Part shown: positions 37,915 to 47,379 of the stretch, in pieces
Numbering within the stretch: position 1 is the first letter of the stretch
Layout of the letters: each line of letters opens with the position of its first letter
Translations under genes and position numbers: made by a program
Notes under the pieces: generated by a model
Database searches by the model: none
Told to the model about the DNA's origin: nothing
Seen by the model: the letters and a program-made list of their open reading frames with translations, nothing else
Assembly: GCA_021790425.1 (NCBI GenBank)
Contig: JAJYEA010000004.1
Coordinates: 13,227 to 77,226, forward strand
From: Thermoplasmata archaeon
GTDB taxonomy: Archaea > Thermoplasmatota > Thermoplasmata > Lutacidiplasmatales > UBA184
Length of the DNA stretch: 64,000 nt
Direction: 5' to 3'

Positions 37915-40383
37915 ATGAGCTCCCCCCGCCGCGGCGAGTGGCCACGTCCGGCGGGCTCCCGCCCGCGCGTCCCCCTCCGGGAGGGTGTCGGCCTGGCCCT
38001 GGCGCTCCTCCTGCTGACCTCGCCCGGGGCCTTCGCGGCACGGACCGTGCCCGCGGTCGGTTCCCCCGGGTCGGCCCCGGGTTCCGTGCCCTCTCCCGCC
38101 ACGGTGTCGCGGGCGAACGCGTCACCGATCCCGGGCGCAGACCCGTCGGTCACGCTCGCGCGGGAGAACATGCCCTGGCTCTGCCTGGGATGCGGGCTCT
38201 CGAACACGGCCGCGCTCTCCGAGCTCGCCCGGATGTCGGAGAACCAGAGCGCGGTCTCCTACATCCAGTACTTCGTCACCTCGACCGGGGGGTTCTACTG
38301 CCAGTGCCCCGACGGCGTGAACGCCAGTGCCCGCGCGCTCCACTTGGAGGCGTACCCGATGATCAACAGCGGGGACACCGCGGGCGCCGACGACCTCGCG
38401 CTCCTCCAGCACGAGAACTGGTGGCCCGGCTTCATCCAGGCGGCAGTCGACACGGCAGTGAATGCGAGCTACGCCGGGTACAACGTCGACTTCGAGGGCA
38501 CCGGGAGCGGCACGCCGCCCGCGAACACGTCCGCGAACTACGCCCACTTCCTCTGGGATTTCGCCAACGCCTCCCACGCCCGGGGCCTCCGGGTCTCGAT
38601 CGACTATGGTTGGTTCGACCCGGAGCTCTGGGACCCCGCCTACCTCTCCGCGACCTCGGTGGATGTCTTCTACGACATGGACTACTACAACTGGTCGCTC
38701 TTCTGGAACCGTCTCGACCTCGATCTCGCGAACTACCCGCTCGACCGCCTCGGGATCGCCCTGAGCGGTGACACGGGGGCAGGGAACACCTGCCCGGGGG
38801 ACGTCGGCATGGGGGGCTTCGCCCAGCGCCTCCACATCCTCGAGTCCTACAACATCACCCACACCGCCTTCTGGGCCATGGCCGACTGGGCGGTGGGGAA
38901 CGGGTGCTGGGACTATCCCCCCGGAGTCGGGTCCGTCCTCCATGATTTCCTGTACAATGGCTCCTCGGTCGACAACTGGACCCTCGGCATGGGGAACGCC
39001 CCGAACGGGTGGGCGTTCTGTCCGGAGGGCGTCGCCGTGAACGGCTCTCCTCCCGCGGTGACCTGCCCCTCGGGCTCCTCGGCCGGGACGAACGTCACGC
39101 TCTACACCGCGAACGATACGGGGTCGGTCGGCCCCGTGACCATCGAAGGGAACGAGACGGCGACCCGCGTGTGGTCCTCGCCGCTCGACGAGGTCCAGCT
39201 CCGCCTCTGGGAGTACCGCGACGACCGCTACGTCGCGGTGACCGTGCAGGGGCTCTCGTGCGGGACCGGCACGGTGGTGACCTCCCAGACCGTCCCCGGA
39301 GGGACCTCGTGGTACCAGGGGACGCTCGACCTCCGCTTCCCCCCAGGTCAGGTCTGCGGGCTCCGGCTCGAGATGGCCTCCTCCGAGCCCGGGTCGGAGA
39401 CCGGCGCGAACGACTGGTTCGTGGACTTCGGGATATCGATCCCTCCCCCGCTCGCCGTGAACGTCACCGCCTCGGCCCTGAGCGGACCCGCTCCCCTCTC
39501 CGTCCAGTTCCACTCGGCCGTCTCGGGCGGGACGCCGAACTACACCTATGCGTGGTCCTTCGGGGACCAGAACACCAGCACGGGGCCCGACCCGGCGCAC
39601 GTGTTCGAGCGGCCGGGGCAGTACGCGGTGAGCCTATCGGTCACGGACGCCCTCGGCGAGGTCCGCAACGCCTCCCTCCTCGTGGACGCTTCCGTGCCGC
39701 CCCCGCTCATCGTGAACATGACCGTGGCCCCGACCGTCGGCATCGCCCCGCTCCGGCTTTCGTGCGCCGCCGACGCGCACGGAGGGCATGGCGGTCCGTA
39801 CCTCTTTACCTGGTCCTTCGGCAACGCCTCGAACGGGACCTCCTCCTTCGCCAACCTCACGCTGGCGCAACCGGGCAACTACACGATCAACGTCACGGTG
39901 CAGGACGCGATGGGGGACGTGGCTCACTCCGTTTCGCAGAACGTCGTGGTGCTCCCGGCGCTGGTGCTCGATCTCCACGCGTCCCGGACGACGCTGACGA
40001 CGGGCTCTCCCCTTCTCGTGTGGGGGAATGCCTCGGGGGGCCTCGCCCCCTACTCGTTCGTATGGTCCGGGTTTCCGCCGGGGTGCGCGTCCTCGAACCA
40101 GAGCCCGCTCTCGTGCAACCCCGATCGGGCGGGGAACTACACCATCACCCTCTTCGTGACGGACCACCTGTCACCGAGCGAGCATGCCCAGCGCTCCGTC
40201 CAGATCACGGTGGTATCGCCTCCCTGCTCGTCGTGCAACTCCACCGGCCTCTGGGGCGGGGCGTCCTCCTGGGGGCTCCTGGTGCTGGTGCTGGGCATCG
40301 TCCTCGTCGCCCTCGTCGTGGTGGTCGTCTGGAGACGTTCCCGGCGGCGACCCGAGGAGCCGAGGCCGGATCCTCGCGCGTAA
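37915..40383 (+). CDS. Secreted GH18-like glycoside hydrolase with CBM-like domain, two PKD domains, one Cys-Ig repeat and C-terminal TM
   Basis: ATG 37915; AGYNVDFEG (GH18 DxDxE variant), DMDYY, PKD (YAWSFGD...HVFERPGQYAVSLSVTD), TM then RRSRRR. Confidence 0.72.
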   Translation: MSSPRRGEWPRPAGSRPRVPLREGVGLALALLLLTSPGAFAARTVPAVGSPGSAPGSVPSPATVSRANASPIPGADPSVTLARENMPWLCLGCGLSNTAALSELARMSENQSAVSYIQYFVTSTGGFYCQCPDGVNASARALHLEAYPMINSGDTAGADDLALLQHENWWPGFIQAAVDTAVNASYAGYNVDFEGTGSGTPPANTSANYAHFLWDFANASHARGLRVSIDYGWFDPELWDPAYLSATSVDVFYDMDYYNWSLFWNRLDLDLANYPLDRLGIALSGDTGAGNTCPGDVGMGGFAQRLHILESYNITHTAFWAMADWAVGNGCWDYPPGVGSVLHDFLYNGSSVDNWTLGMGNAPNGWAFCPEGVAVNGSPPAVTCPSGSSAGTNVTLYTANDTGSVGPVTIEGNETATRVWSSPLDEVQLRLWEYRDDRYVAVTVQGLSCGTGTVVTSQTVPGGTSWYQGTLDLRFPPGQVCGLRLEMASSEPGSETGANDWFVDFGISIPPPLAVNVTASALSGPAPLSVQFHSAVSGGTPNYTYAWSFGDQNTSTGPDPAHVFERPGQYAVSLSVTDALGEVRNASLLVDASVPPPLIVNMTVAPTVGIAPLRLSCAADAHGGHGGPYLFTWSFGNASNGTSSFANLTLAQPGNYTINVTVQDAMGDVAHSVSQNVVVLPALVLDLHASRTTLTTGSPLLVWGNASGGLAPYSFVWSGFPPGCASSNQSPLSCNPDRAGNYTITLFVTDHLSPSEHAQRSVQITVVSPPCSSCNSTGLWGGASSWGLLVLVLGIVLVALVVVVVWRRSRRRPEEPRPDPRA

Positions 40384-40500
40384 GGGGCGCCTCCCAGTGG
40401 ATCGTGGGTGCCGCTTGGATCGTCCGCCGGGCCTCGCCCCAGCCTCCCCAGTGGTGAAGCCGGAGGCCCTCGCCTCCCGACACGGAGAAGGGCAACCCGA

Positions 40501-43500
40501 TCAGCGGCCCGATCGCCGCTGCTGTTTCTTCGGCTCCCGGTCGAGGCGGGCCCCAGCGCCGGCCGCGACCAAGGCCACGACGACGATGCCGATGGCGAGG
40601 AAGGCGAGCCACCACGCCGGCCCTCCCTCCTGCTGCTGGTAGGTCGGGGAGGTGCCGGTGATGGAGAGCACGGCGACGGGCGAGGTGGTGTTGAATCCGG
40701 TCGCGTCCGTCACGGTGACCGAGATGTCGAAGGTGCCCGCCAGGGATGGGGTGCAGCGGAAGCTCGAGGCATGGGAGGAGCATCCCCGCGGCAACCCCGC
40801 CCAGACGTAGGTGTTGTTGCCGGCGCCCCCTGTCACGACGACTCCGATCGTGGTCGAGCCACCCAGGGGGAACGCGGCGGGGGAGAACGTCGGGGTGCCC
40901 GCCACCGGGTCGGGGTCCACTTGGAGCGGGCCCGAGGTCGAGGATGCGGTCCCGCCGTTCGTGTCCGTCACGGTGAGCGTCGCGGTGAAGTTCCCGGCGA
41001 CCGAGGCCGTGCAGTTTCCCCCGGGGCCCACGGGCGCGCACACCATCCCGCCCGGGGAGGCCGCGAGCTGGTAGACCGGGCTCCCCGAACCCCCGCTGAG
41101 GAGCGAGGAGTAGAAGGCGACCGTTTCCCCCACGTCTACCAGGGATCGGGAATAGGTCAGGGGCCCAAGGGAGGGCAGCGGGAAGACGGAGAAGGGGGCG
41201 GAGACGTTGGAGGACGAGACCCCCCGGCTGTCCGTGACCGTGACCACGACCGTGTAGCTCCCCGGGGTGCTGGGCTGGCAGGTGAGCGAGGGGCTCGTGC
41301 CTGGCGCGCATCCCAGCAGGGACGAGGACACGCTCCAGGCATAGGAGTAGGGCAGTGTTCCACGCACTCCCGAGGCGGTGAAGAGCACGGACTGGCCCAC
41401 GTCGACCGACGTCCGGTTGGCGATGGGAGCCACGGCCCGGGGGTCCAGGGCGACGGTCAGGAGCACGGAACCGTTGCGGGTGGTGAACCCGTTCGAGTCG
41501 GTGATCCCCACCGAGACGGTGTAGTTCCCCGCCATCTGGGCGGGGCAGGGCCCGATCGTGGCACTGTCCGAGGAGACGCAGCCGGGGGGAAGTCCGCTCC
41601 ACGTGAGCACGTCGGAGCCGCTGCCCACGGCCAGCACCCGCGCCGAGAAGTTCACGTCCTGGCCCACGTCTACCCGGGTGGGAGATACCGAGGGCACGGT
41701 CGTCGCGGGGTCCGCGTCGACGGTGTAGGGCGCACTGGTGACGTCGGGCGAGGCGGCGCCCGTGGGGTCGGTCATGTTCACGACGACGGTGTAGCCCGTC
41801 CCCGACGCCGTGGGGGTGCAGTTCAGCGAGTTCCCCGTGGACGGGGCGCATCCGAGGCCGCCCGCGGGCGTCCAGGCATAGGTCTCCGAGGGGTTCGATC
41901 CGGCCAGGGGGTGTGCCGTGAACGTCACGGACTGCCCGACATCCGCCGACGCCGGGGTCACGCCGAGGCTCGCCACGACCGGGGTGGGATAGACCTCGAG
42001 CGTCGTCGAGTTGCCCATCGTGTACCCCGTCCCGTCCGAGATGCGCACACCGACCCGGAAGCTCCCGGTCGCAGCCGGGCTGCACGTGATCGAGCTCGCG
42101 TTCGCCGAGGCGCATCCGCCCGGCAGGCCGGAGTAGGCGTAGGAGTAGGGGGACTCCCCGCCCGAGGCCGAGGTCGAGAGGAGCGAGGTCTGTCCCAGGT
42201 CGATCACGCCGGGAACGGCGGACAGGGAGGTGATCGACAGGGGGGCCACGTAGCTCCACATGTCGGTGAGCGGGGCGGCGAGGGAGTATCCGGCACCGAG
42301 GAGGATACGGCCCTCCGCCGGGTCGAAGGCGAGGATCGGGGCCCTCCGTGCCGGCGGGGCCGGCGTGGCCGTGACCTCGGACCAGAGTCCCCCCCGGTAC
42401 GTCCACGTGGCGTTCGTGGGCCCGAAGACGGAGCACGACGGTGGATCGAGGCAGGCCTGGCCGGCCGTGATGAGGACGGCGCCGTCCGCCGCATCGTACG
42501 CCGCTCCGGCCGAGAAGGTCACAGGAGGCATGGCCGTGGAGAGCGAGGTCAGGTTCGTCCATCCTCCGGCGCGGTACTCCCACGTGTCGTTGAGGGCGTA
42601 GGTCGGGCTGCAGGCGGCGTTCGCGCACCCGTAGCCTCCGAAGAGGAGCAGGTAGCCGTCGGCGTCGTCGTACACCAGGGCCTGCTCGTAGCGCCCGTTG
42701 GGTACCGGAGAGGCGGGGGCGAGGAGGGTCCAGGCACCCTCGGAATACCGCCAGGTGTCGTTGTAGTAGGTCCCCCCGTCGAAGCCTCCGAAGAGGAGCA
42801 CCGAGCCTCCCTCCGGGTCGTAGGCCATCCCGGCCCCCTCGGTCGGATCGGGGCAGGCTCCCGTGATTGTGTCGGTCGGAGGATCGAGCCAGCAGGTCGT
42901 ATTGGTGTCGGCCGCCTCCCGTTGCGTCCAGTTGCCCCCGCGGAAGGACCAGGTGTCTCCCAGGTAGTTCCCCGCGAGGAAGCCCCCGAACAGGAGGAGG
43001 TAGCCGTCGTGGGAGTCGAAGGTCATCGATGCGAATTCCCGCGCCACCGGGCAGGACACGATGGTGGTGGTGTTGACCCCGTTCCGGTAGTCGTAGCAGT
43101 ACGGGATCGCGGCGAGCGGCCCGTTCACCGGGGCCTCGAGCGTGGTCCAGGTCCCGTTCCGGTAGGTCCAGGTGCTCTGAAGGAAGCCCGAGGAGTCTCC
43201 CCCGAACGCCACGAGGTACCCGTCGGCGGGATCGAAGACCGCCGCCGCATCTTGTCCCATCGGCACCGAGATCCCGCTTTCCAGGCTCCATCCCTCGCCG
43301 GTCGCCACCTTGAACCCCCAGGGGTCCGCGAGGTAGGAGGGCGACGCTCCCCCCCACAGCAATGAGTATCCGGTGTCAGGGTCGAACGTGAGCGACGCCC
43401 CCTGGCGCGCGGCGGGGGAGGACGCCCGAGTCACATTCGTCCAGGCGCCCGCCCGGTACTCCCACGTATCGCCCAAGGGATTCGCGCCGAACCCGCCGAA

Positions 43501-44586
43501 GAGAACGATACTGCCTACCGTCTCGTCGAAGGTCATGGCGGCCGAGGAGCGCGGAGAAGGCGAGACCGTGGTGGTGACAGGGGACCATGTGCCTCCCTGG
43601 AACTCCCAGGTATCCTCGACCGGGCCGGCGGTGGTGAGCCCTCCGAAGAGGAGGAGGTAACCGTCCGAAGGATCGTAGGCCATCGACGCATGGGACCGCC
43701 AGGGGGGGCTCTGGGCCGGGGCGAGCTCCGACCAGTTCCCGTCCCGGAAGGTCCAGGTGTCGCCAAAGTTCGCGGTGGCGTTCTCCCCGCCGTAGAGGAC
43801 AAGCCCTCCCACCGCGGGATCGAAGGCGAGGGAGGCTCCTTCGCGGGCCGAGGGACAGGGGGCGAGGGAGGAGGTGTTCACTCCTCCGACGTACGCGTCG
43901 CAGGCCACTCCCCCGGACGCCGGTCCCTGCGCAGGGGCCCAGAGCTCCGTCCACGCCCCGTCCCGGAACGCCCAGGTGTCCCCGAGCATCGCGCCGTTGA
44001 GACCCCCGAAAAGGACCGTGTACCCGTCCGCGGGATCATAGGCCATGGAGGCCTCCGTGCGGGCGACCGGGGCGTTCGTCACGGCGGGGGCGGACCAGAC
44101 CCGGCCCGACAGTTCCCACGTGTCTCCCAGGACGGTCCCATCGTTCCCCCCGAAGAGGAGCACCTTGCCGTCCGTCGCATCGAAGGCCATCGAGGCATAG
44201 TTGCGGGGCATCGGGCCCGCCGTGAGATTGAGAGGACCCCACCCGCTGGGTAGCAGGTTGGCATTGGTCTGCGGGAGGGTGGGTGCCACGTTGGCGGTGG
44301 GGGTCGACACCATCCCCGGCGCGGGGACCGTAGGTCCCTCCGGTCCCGAGCGGGTCGGAGGTAGGGGGCCCGACGTTGGGGCCGGGCCCTTCACCGTCGG
44401 GCTCTGGTGCGGCAACGAGGGCTTCGCGGTCTGGTTCCCGAGCGCCCGGTCAACATGGGTGACTCCCCGTAGGGTCTCCGATGGAGTGGAATGGGAAGGG
44501 GCGACGGCCGTCGAGGGCGAAGCCAGGAGGAGGATCAACCCGAAGACGAGCCCGGTGGTCCCCCAACCCCGAAAGCCGCTGGGCAT
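40501..44586 (-). CDS. Secreted 12-repeat Kelch beta-propeller protein with six Cys-Ig repeats and C-terminal TM
   Basis: Signal peptide after MPSGFRGWG (ATG 44586; alternative GTG 44664); 12 copies of ASM(A/T)(Y/F)D-x4-xLL(F)GG...DTW; stalk repeats; TM. Confidence 0.82.
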   Translation of the reverse strand: MPSGFRGWGTTGLVFGLILLLASPSTAVAPSHSTPSETLRGVTHVDRALGNQTAKPSLPHQSPTVKGPAPTSGPLPPTRSGPEGPTVPAPGMVSTPTANVAPTLPQTNANLLPSGWGPLNLTAGPMPRNYASMAFDATDGKVLLFGGNDGTVLGDTWELSGRVWSAPAVTNAPVARTEASMAYDPADGYTVLFGGLNGAMLGDTWAFRDGAWTELWAPAQGPASGGVACDAYVGGVNTSSLAPCPSAREGASLAFDPAVGGLVLYGGENATANFGDTWTFRDGNWSELAPAQSPPWRSHASMAYDPSDGYLLLFGGLTTAGPVEDTWEFQGGTWSPVTTTVSPSPRSSAAMTFDETVGSIVLFGGFGANPLGDTWEYRAGAWTNVTRASSPAARQGASLTFDPDTGYSLLWGGASPSYLADPWGFKVATGEGWSLESGISVPMGQDAAAVFDPADGYLVAFGGDSSGFLQSTWTYRNGTWTTLEAPVNGPLAAIPYCYDYRNGVNTTTIVSCPVAREFASMTFDSHDGYLLLFGGFLAGNYLGDTWSFRGGNWTQREAADTNTTCWLDPPTDTITGACPDPTEGAGMAYDPEGGSVLLFGGFDGGTYYNDTWRYSEGAWTLLAPASPVPNGRYEQALVYDDADGYLLLFGGYGCANAACSPTYALNDTWEYRAGGWTNLTSLSTAMPPVTFSAGAAYDAADGAVLITAGQACLDPPSCSVFGPTNATWTYRGGLWSEVTATPAPPARRAPILAFDPAEGRILLGAGYSLAAPLTDMWSYVAPLSITSLSAVPGVIDLGQTSLLSTSASGGESPYSYAYSGLPGGCASANASSITCSPAATGSFRVGVRISDGTGYTMGNSTTLEVYPTPVVASLGVTPASADVGQSVTFTAHPLAGSNPSETYAWTPAGGLGCAPSTGNSLNCTPTASGTGYTVVVNMTDPTGAASPDVTSAPYTVDADPATTVPSVSPTRVDVGQDVNFSARVLAVGSGSDVLTWSGLPPGCVSSDSATIGPCPAQMAGNYTVSVGITDSNGFTTRNGSVLLTVALDPRAVAPIANRTSVDVGQSVLFTASGVRGTLPYSYAWSVSSSLLGCAPGTSPSLTCQPSTPGSYTVVVTVTDSRGVSSSNVSAPFSVFPLPSLGPLTYSRSLVDVGETVAFYSSLLSGGSGSPVYQLAASPGGMVCAPVGPGGNCTASVAGNFTATLTVTDTNGGTASSTSGPLQVDPDPVAGTPTFSPAAFPLGGSTTIGVVVTGGAGNNTYVWAGLPRGCSSHASSFRCTPSLAGTFDISVTVTDATGFNTTSPVAVLSITGTSPTYQQQEGGPAWWLAFLAIGIVVVALVAAGAGARLDREPKKQQRRSGR

Positions 44587-44688
44587 CCAACTCCTATCAG
44601 GGCCGAGGACCCTATCAAGGCGCTGGGTCCGCGTTCCCCTGTCTCCCAGCGTGGTCGCGGCCACGAAGCCTCGGCGAGAAACGCCGGA

Positions 44689-44745
44689 TTCGGGAGAGGA
44701 AAGATATACTGTCGCGGGGACGATTTCGGGAGAGGGTCGATATAC
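44689..44745. repeat. Tandem direct repeat TTCGGGAGAGG-N3-GATATAC, period 36 bp
   Basis: Copies at 44689-44709 and 44725-44745, in the divergent intergenic region upstream of the Kelch gene. Confidence 0.75.
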
Positions 44746-44793
44746 CTTCTCGCGATGCTATGATACGACAAGACAGGGGGAGGGGGAGGACGA

Positions 44794-45096
44794 ATGGCGG
44801 TTGCGTGGGTTTCGATCGAGCAGGGCCAGCCAATGCGCAACCGCCTCGCCCAATTGTGCCGGGGTTATCTCGTTCTCTCGGATCGCGATCCAACGCACGC
44901 CGAGGGGTATCTCCAGGTGTTCCTCCGCGAGCTCGCCAAGGATGAGGACTCCGCACCGGAGGCCGCTTCCTCCGCCGGGGGTCTGGACCGGGGGCACTTC
45001 CGACGCCGACCGCCCGCCCCGGGGTTCGAGGGTCCGGGAGTGGGCCTCGCAGTGGGACCGGGTCCTAGCGTGCGGCCGTTCGTTTCAAGGGACTGA
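44794..45096 (+). CDS. Hypothetical small protein
   Basis: GGAGG RBS before the ATG; amphipathic helical N-half; followed by a CCCGC-TGA-GCGGG hairpin and T-rich tract. Confidence 0.4.
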   Translation: MAVAWVSIEQGQPMRNRLAQLCRGYLVLSDRDPTHAEGYLQVFLRELAKDEDSAPEAASSAGGLDRGHFRRRPPAPGFEGPGVGLAVGPGPSVRPFVSRD

Positions 45097-45232
45097 GCCT
45101 CCGGGGTACGCCCGCTGAGCGGGTCTCCTTCGTTTTGGGTTAGTCTCGCCGTTGCCAAGATTGCTCGGATGTCGGTTCCGCGGTGTACTCCCCCGGGCGG
45201 GCGTCTTCCGTCTCTGCTCAGAACGTCGAGGG

Positions 45233-45556
45233 TTACGCCCTGTCCGGGGTACGGAAGTGGATCACGGCCAGCAGGGCCACGCAGATCACGAGTCCCACGA
45301 TCGAGATCAGGAGGGCCCAGCCGACCGCGACCACGAACTCCGTATTGCTGCCGAGGCCCACGCCCCGGGTGGCCATCGTGAGGAGCGTGGCTACCACGAT
45401 CACTATGAAGAGGATCACGACCCGACTGAGCTGCCGATGCTTCCAGTTCGTCTCGTAGGTTCCGGGCGGGTACGCTCTCGGATCTTCCACCTCTGGGATC
45501 TCGTCAGGATGGGCTTCGAAGTGGTGAAAGGAGTCCAGGTCACCGGGGCGGAGCAT
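45233..45556 (-). CDS. Small 2-TM membrane protein
   Basis: Acidic N-terminus followed by two clear hydrophobic helices. Confidence 0.55.
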   Translation of the reverse strand: MLRPGDLDSFHHFEAHPDEIPEVEDPRAYPPGTYETNWKHRQLSRVVILFIVIVVATLLTMATRGVGLGSNTEFVVAVGWALLISIVGLVICVALLAVIHFRTPDRA

Positions 45557-45724
45557 CAGTAAGGATGATCGTCGCGGGGGCGTATCAGGTTGGCCATCCC
45601 CTTGGCCAACATCGCAGCGACTTGGTCGAACACCGAGAGACGACCCCCTCGAAGCATGGGCCGATCTTTCCGGTCACTTGGCGGTCCGCCGCTCCGTGGG
45701 CGACGCGTGCCGGGCTACAGGCTC

Positions 45725-46546
45725 CTAAGGTCCCGAGCTTCCCGTGACGCCGGAAGGTTTCTCGCGTGGCGACACCTTCCATCGCTCGAGGGCGTCCTGT
45801 TCGAGGAAATGGAGGGAGGGCCCAGGCAGGATGAGCGAGTGGAGCGGCTCCCCGAACTCGAGCGACTCGAGCTCGGCCCGCGGACCGGCCCAGGCCCGGG
45901 CGCCGGGGGTCCCCACGCGGGCGACCACGCACCAGAGGCTTTCCGGCCCCGCCACCCCGCCGTGGAAGCGCCCTTCGAGCTCCCCGAGATGGCGGAGCGC
46001 GACGTCCGCGGTGAGGTAGCGGCCCCGGCCGGCATCGATGTCGAGGAGGACGAGGGAGTGGAGCCCGGCCCGCACGTTCGCGGCCAGCGCTTCGTAGGGC
46101 GAGGTCGGCTGGTAGCCCTCGGTGTCGGGATGAGGGAGCGACACCACGCGTCCGAAGCGGTAGAGGGAGAGTCCGGCGAAGCTCGCCGCCGCGGTCAGGA
46201 TGCTCGCGTTGTGGAGGATCCGCCACGGGTACCCCCGCTTCTCGGCGCTCAGCCGCAGCGAGAGGTGGGTCGTGGCCGCGAAGGGCTCGCCGACCACGAG
46301 GAGCGCTACCACGTCGCCGCGGTCCAGGGCGTCCAGCACCGGCCGCTCGCTCTCGAGCTCCTCGCGCGTGAGCTCCCGGACCTTCTTCCCGATGAGCCGT
46401 TCGAGCCGCTCGAGGGAACCGGGGGCCAGCCGGCTGGTGTACTGCTCGGCGACCACGAGGTCCGCCGCCCGGAGGGCGTCCACAGCACGGAGGGTCAGGT
46501 CCTGCTCGTCCCCGAGGCCCATCCCGACGAAGAGGAGCTCCCCCAC
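45725..46546 (-). CDS. dph5: Diphthine synthase (diphthine methyl ester synthase)
   Basis: LLFVGMGL, AEQYTS, VGEPFAATTH, HNASILTAA, YRFGRVVSLP, GLHSLVLLDI, FGEPLHSLILPG, LHFLE. Confidence 0.93.
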   Translation of the reverse strand: MGELLFVGMGLGDEQDLTLRAVDALRAADLVVAEQYTSRLAPGSLERLERLIGKKVRELTREELESERPVLDALDRGDVVALLVVGEPFAATTHLSLRLSAEKRGYPWRILHNASILTAAASFAGLSLYRFGRVVSLPHPDTEGYQPTSPYEALAANVRAGLHSLVLLDIDAGRGRYLTADVALRHLGELEGRFHGGVAGPESLWCVVARVGTPGARAWAGPRAELESLEFGEPLHSLILPGPSLHFLEQDALERWKVSPREKPSGVTGSSGP

Positions 46547-46556
46547 GCGCCCTTCC

Positions 46557-47378
46557 TCACCCCTTGAGGATCACGGTCGGGCAGGGGGCCTGCGAGAAGA
46601 ACTCCTCGATGAAGGGGCGACCGAGGAAGGGGGTCTCCCCCACCCCACGGTCCTCCCCGAGGAGGCAGAGGCCGTACCCTTCGCGCCGGAGCACTTCGAG
46701 GATCGTCTGGGGGAGGGCGCCGCGCCGCCGGAAGAGCCCGCGCGGGAAGAGGACGGTCTTGAGCCGCAGGGGGGTCCCGTGCGACGGGTCGCGGACCTGG
46801 TGGTCCGCGTCCTCCCCGACCGCCGTCCCTCTCCCCTCGACCAGGTGCACCGTGACGATCGGCGCCCCGCCCATCTGCGTGGAGACCGCCTCCGCCGCGG
46901 TCATCACCTTGCGGGGGGGGTGCACGGTGAACGTCGGGACGAGCACCCGTCCCACGTGGTCCATGCTGAGGGCCAGCGCATTGACGATGAGCACGTCGCA
47001 CGCCGCATGGTGGAGGATGGCGGTCGAAGTGTGCCCGAGGAAGGGGAGGTGCTGCCGGCGCTTGCCCTTGCCGCTCAGCGTCATCAGGATCGCGTCCGCC
47101 TTCTCGCTCTCGGCCCGCTCGAGGATCTCGACCGCCACGTCGGGGGCGACCTTGACCTCCGGCGTGACGGTGACGTCCAGGGCCGCGCCCGCCTCGTGGG
47201 CGGGGATGACCAGGCGGAGCGAGGAGCGCCACCCCTTGGCCGTCTCGGGCATGGACCTCGCGGTGATGACGTGGAGCACGAGGATCTCCCCCTTCGGCTC
47301 GAGCAGGTAGGAGGCGAGGCGGACGAGGGGCGCCACGTCCGGCGGCTCGACGACCGGCACCAGGATCTTCCGGTACAT
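46557..47378 (-). CDS. Tandem universal stress protein (two USP domains), KdpQ/Cat3-like position
   Basis: MYRKILVPV, LVLHVI, ADAILM, GHTSTAILHHAACDVLIV; second domain VLVP...FFSQAPCPTVILK; directly downstream of kdpC. Confidence 0.82.
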   Translation of the reverse strand: MYRKILVPVVEPPDVAPLVRLASYLLEPKGEILVLHVITARSMPETAKGWRSSLRLVIPAHEAGAALDVTVTPEVKVAPDVAVEILERAESEKADAILMTLSGKGKRRQHLPFLGHTSTAILHHAACDVLIVNALALSMDHVGRVLVPTFTVHPPRKVMTAAEAVSTQMGGAPIVTVHLVEGRGTAVGEDADHQVRDPSHGTPLRLKTVLFPRGLFRRRGALPQTILEVLRREGYGLCLLGEDRGVGETPFLGRPFIEEFFSQAPCPTVILKG

Positions 47379-47379
47379 G

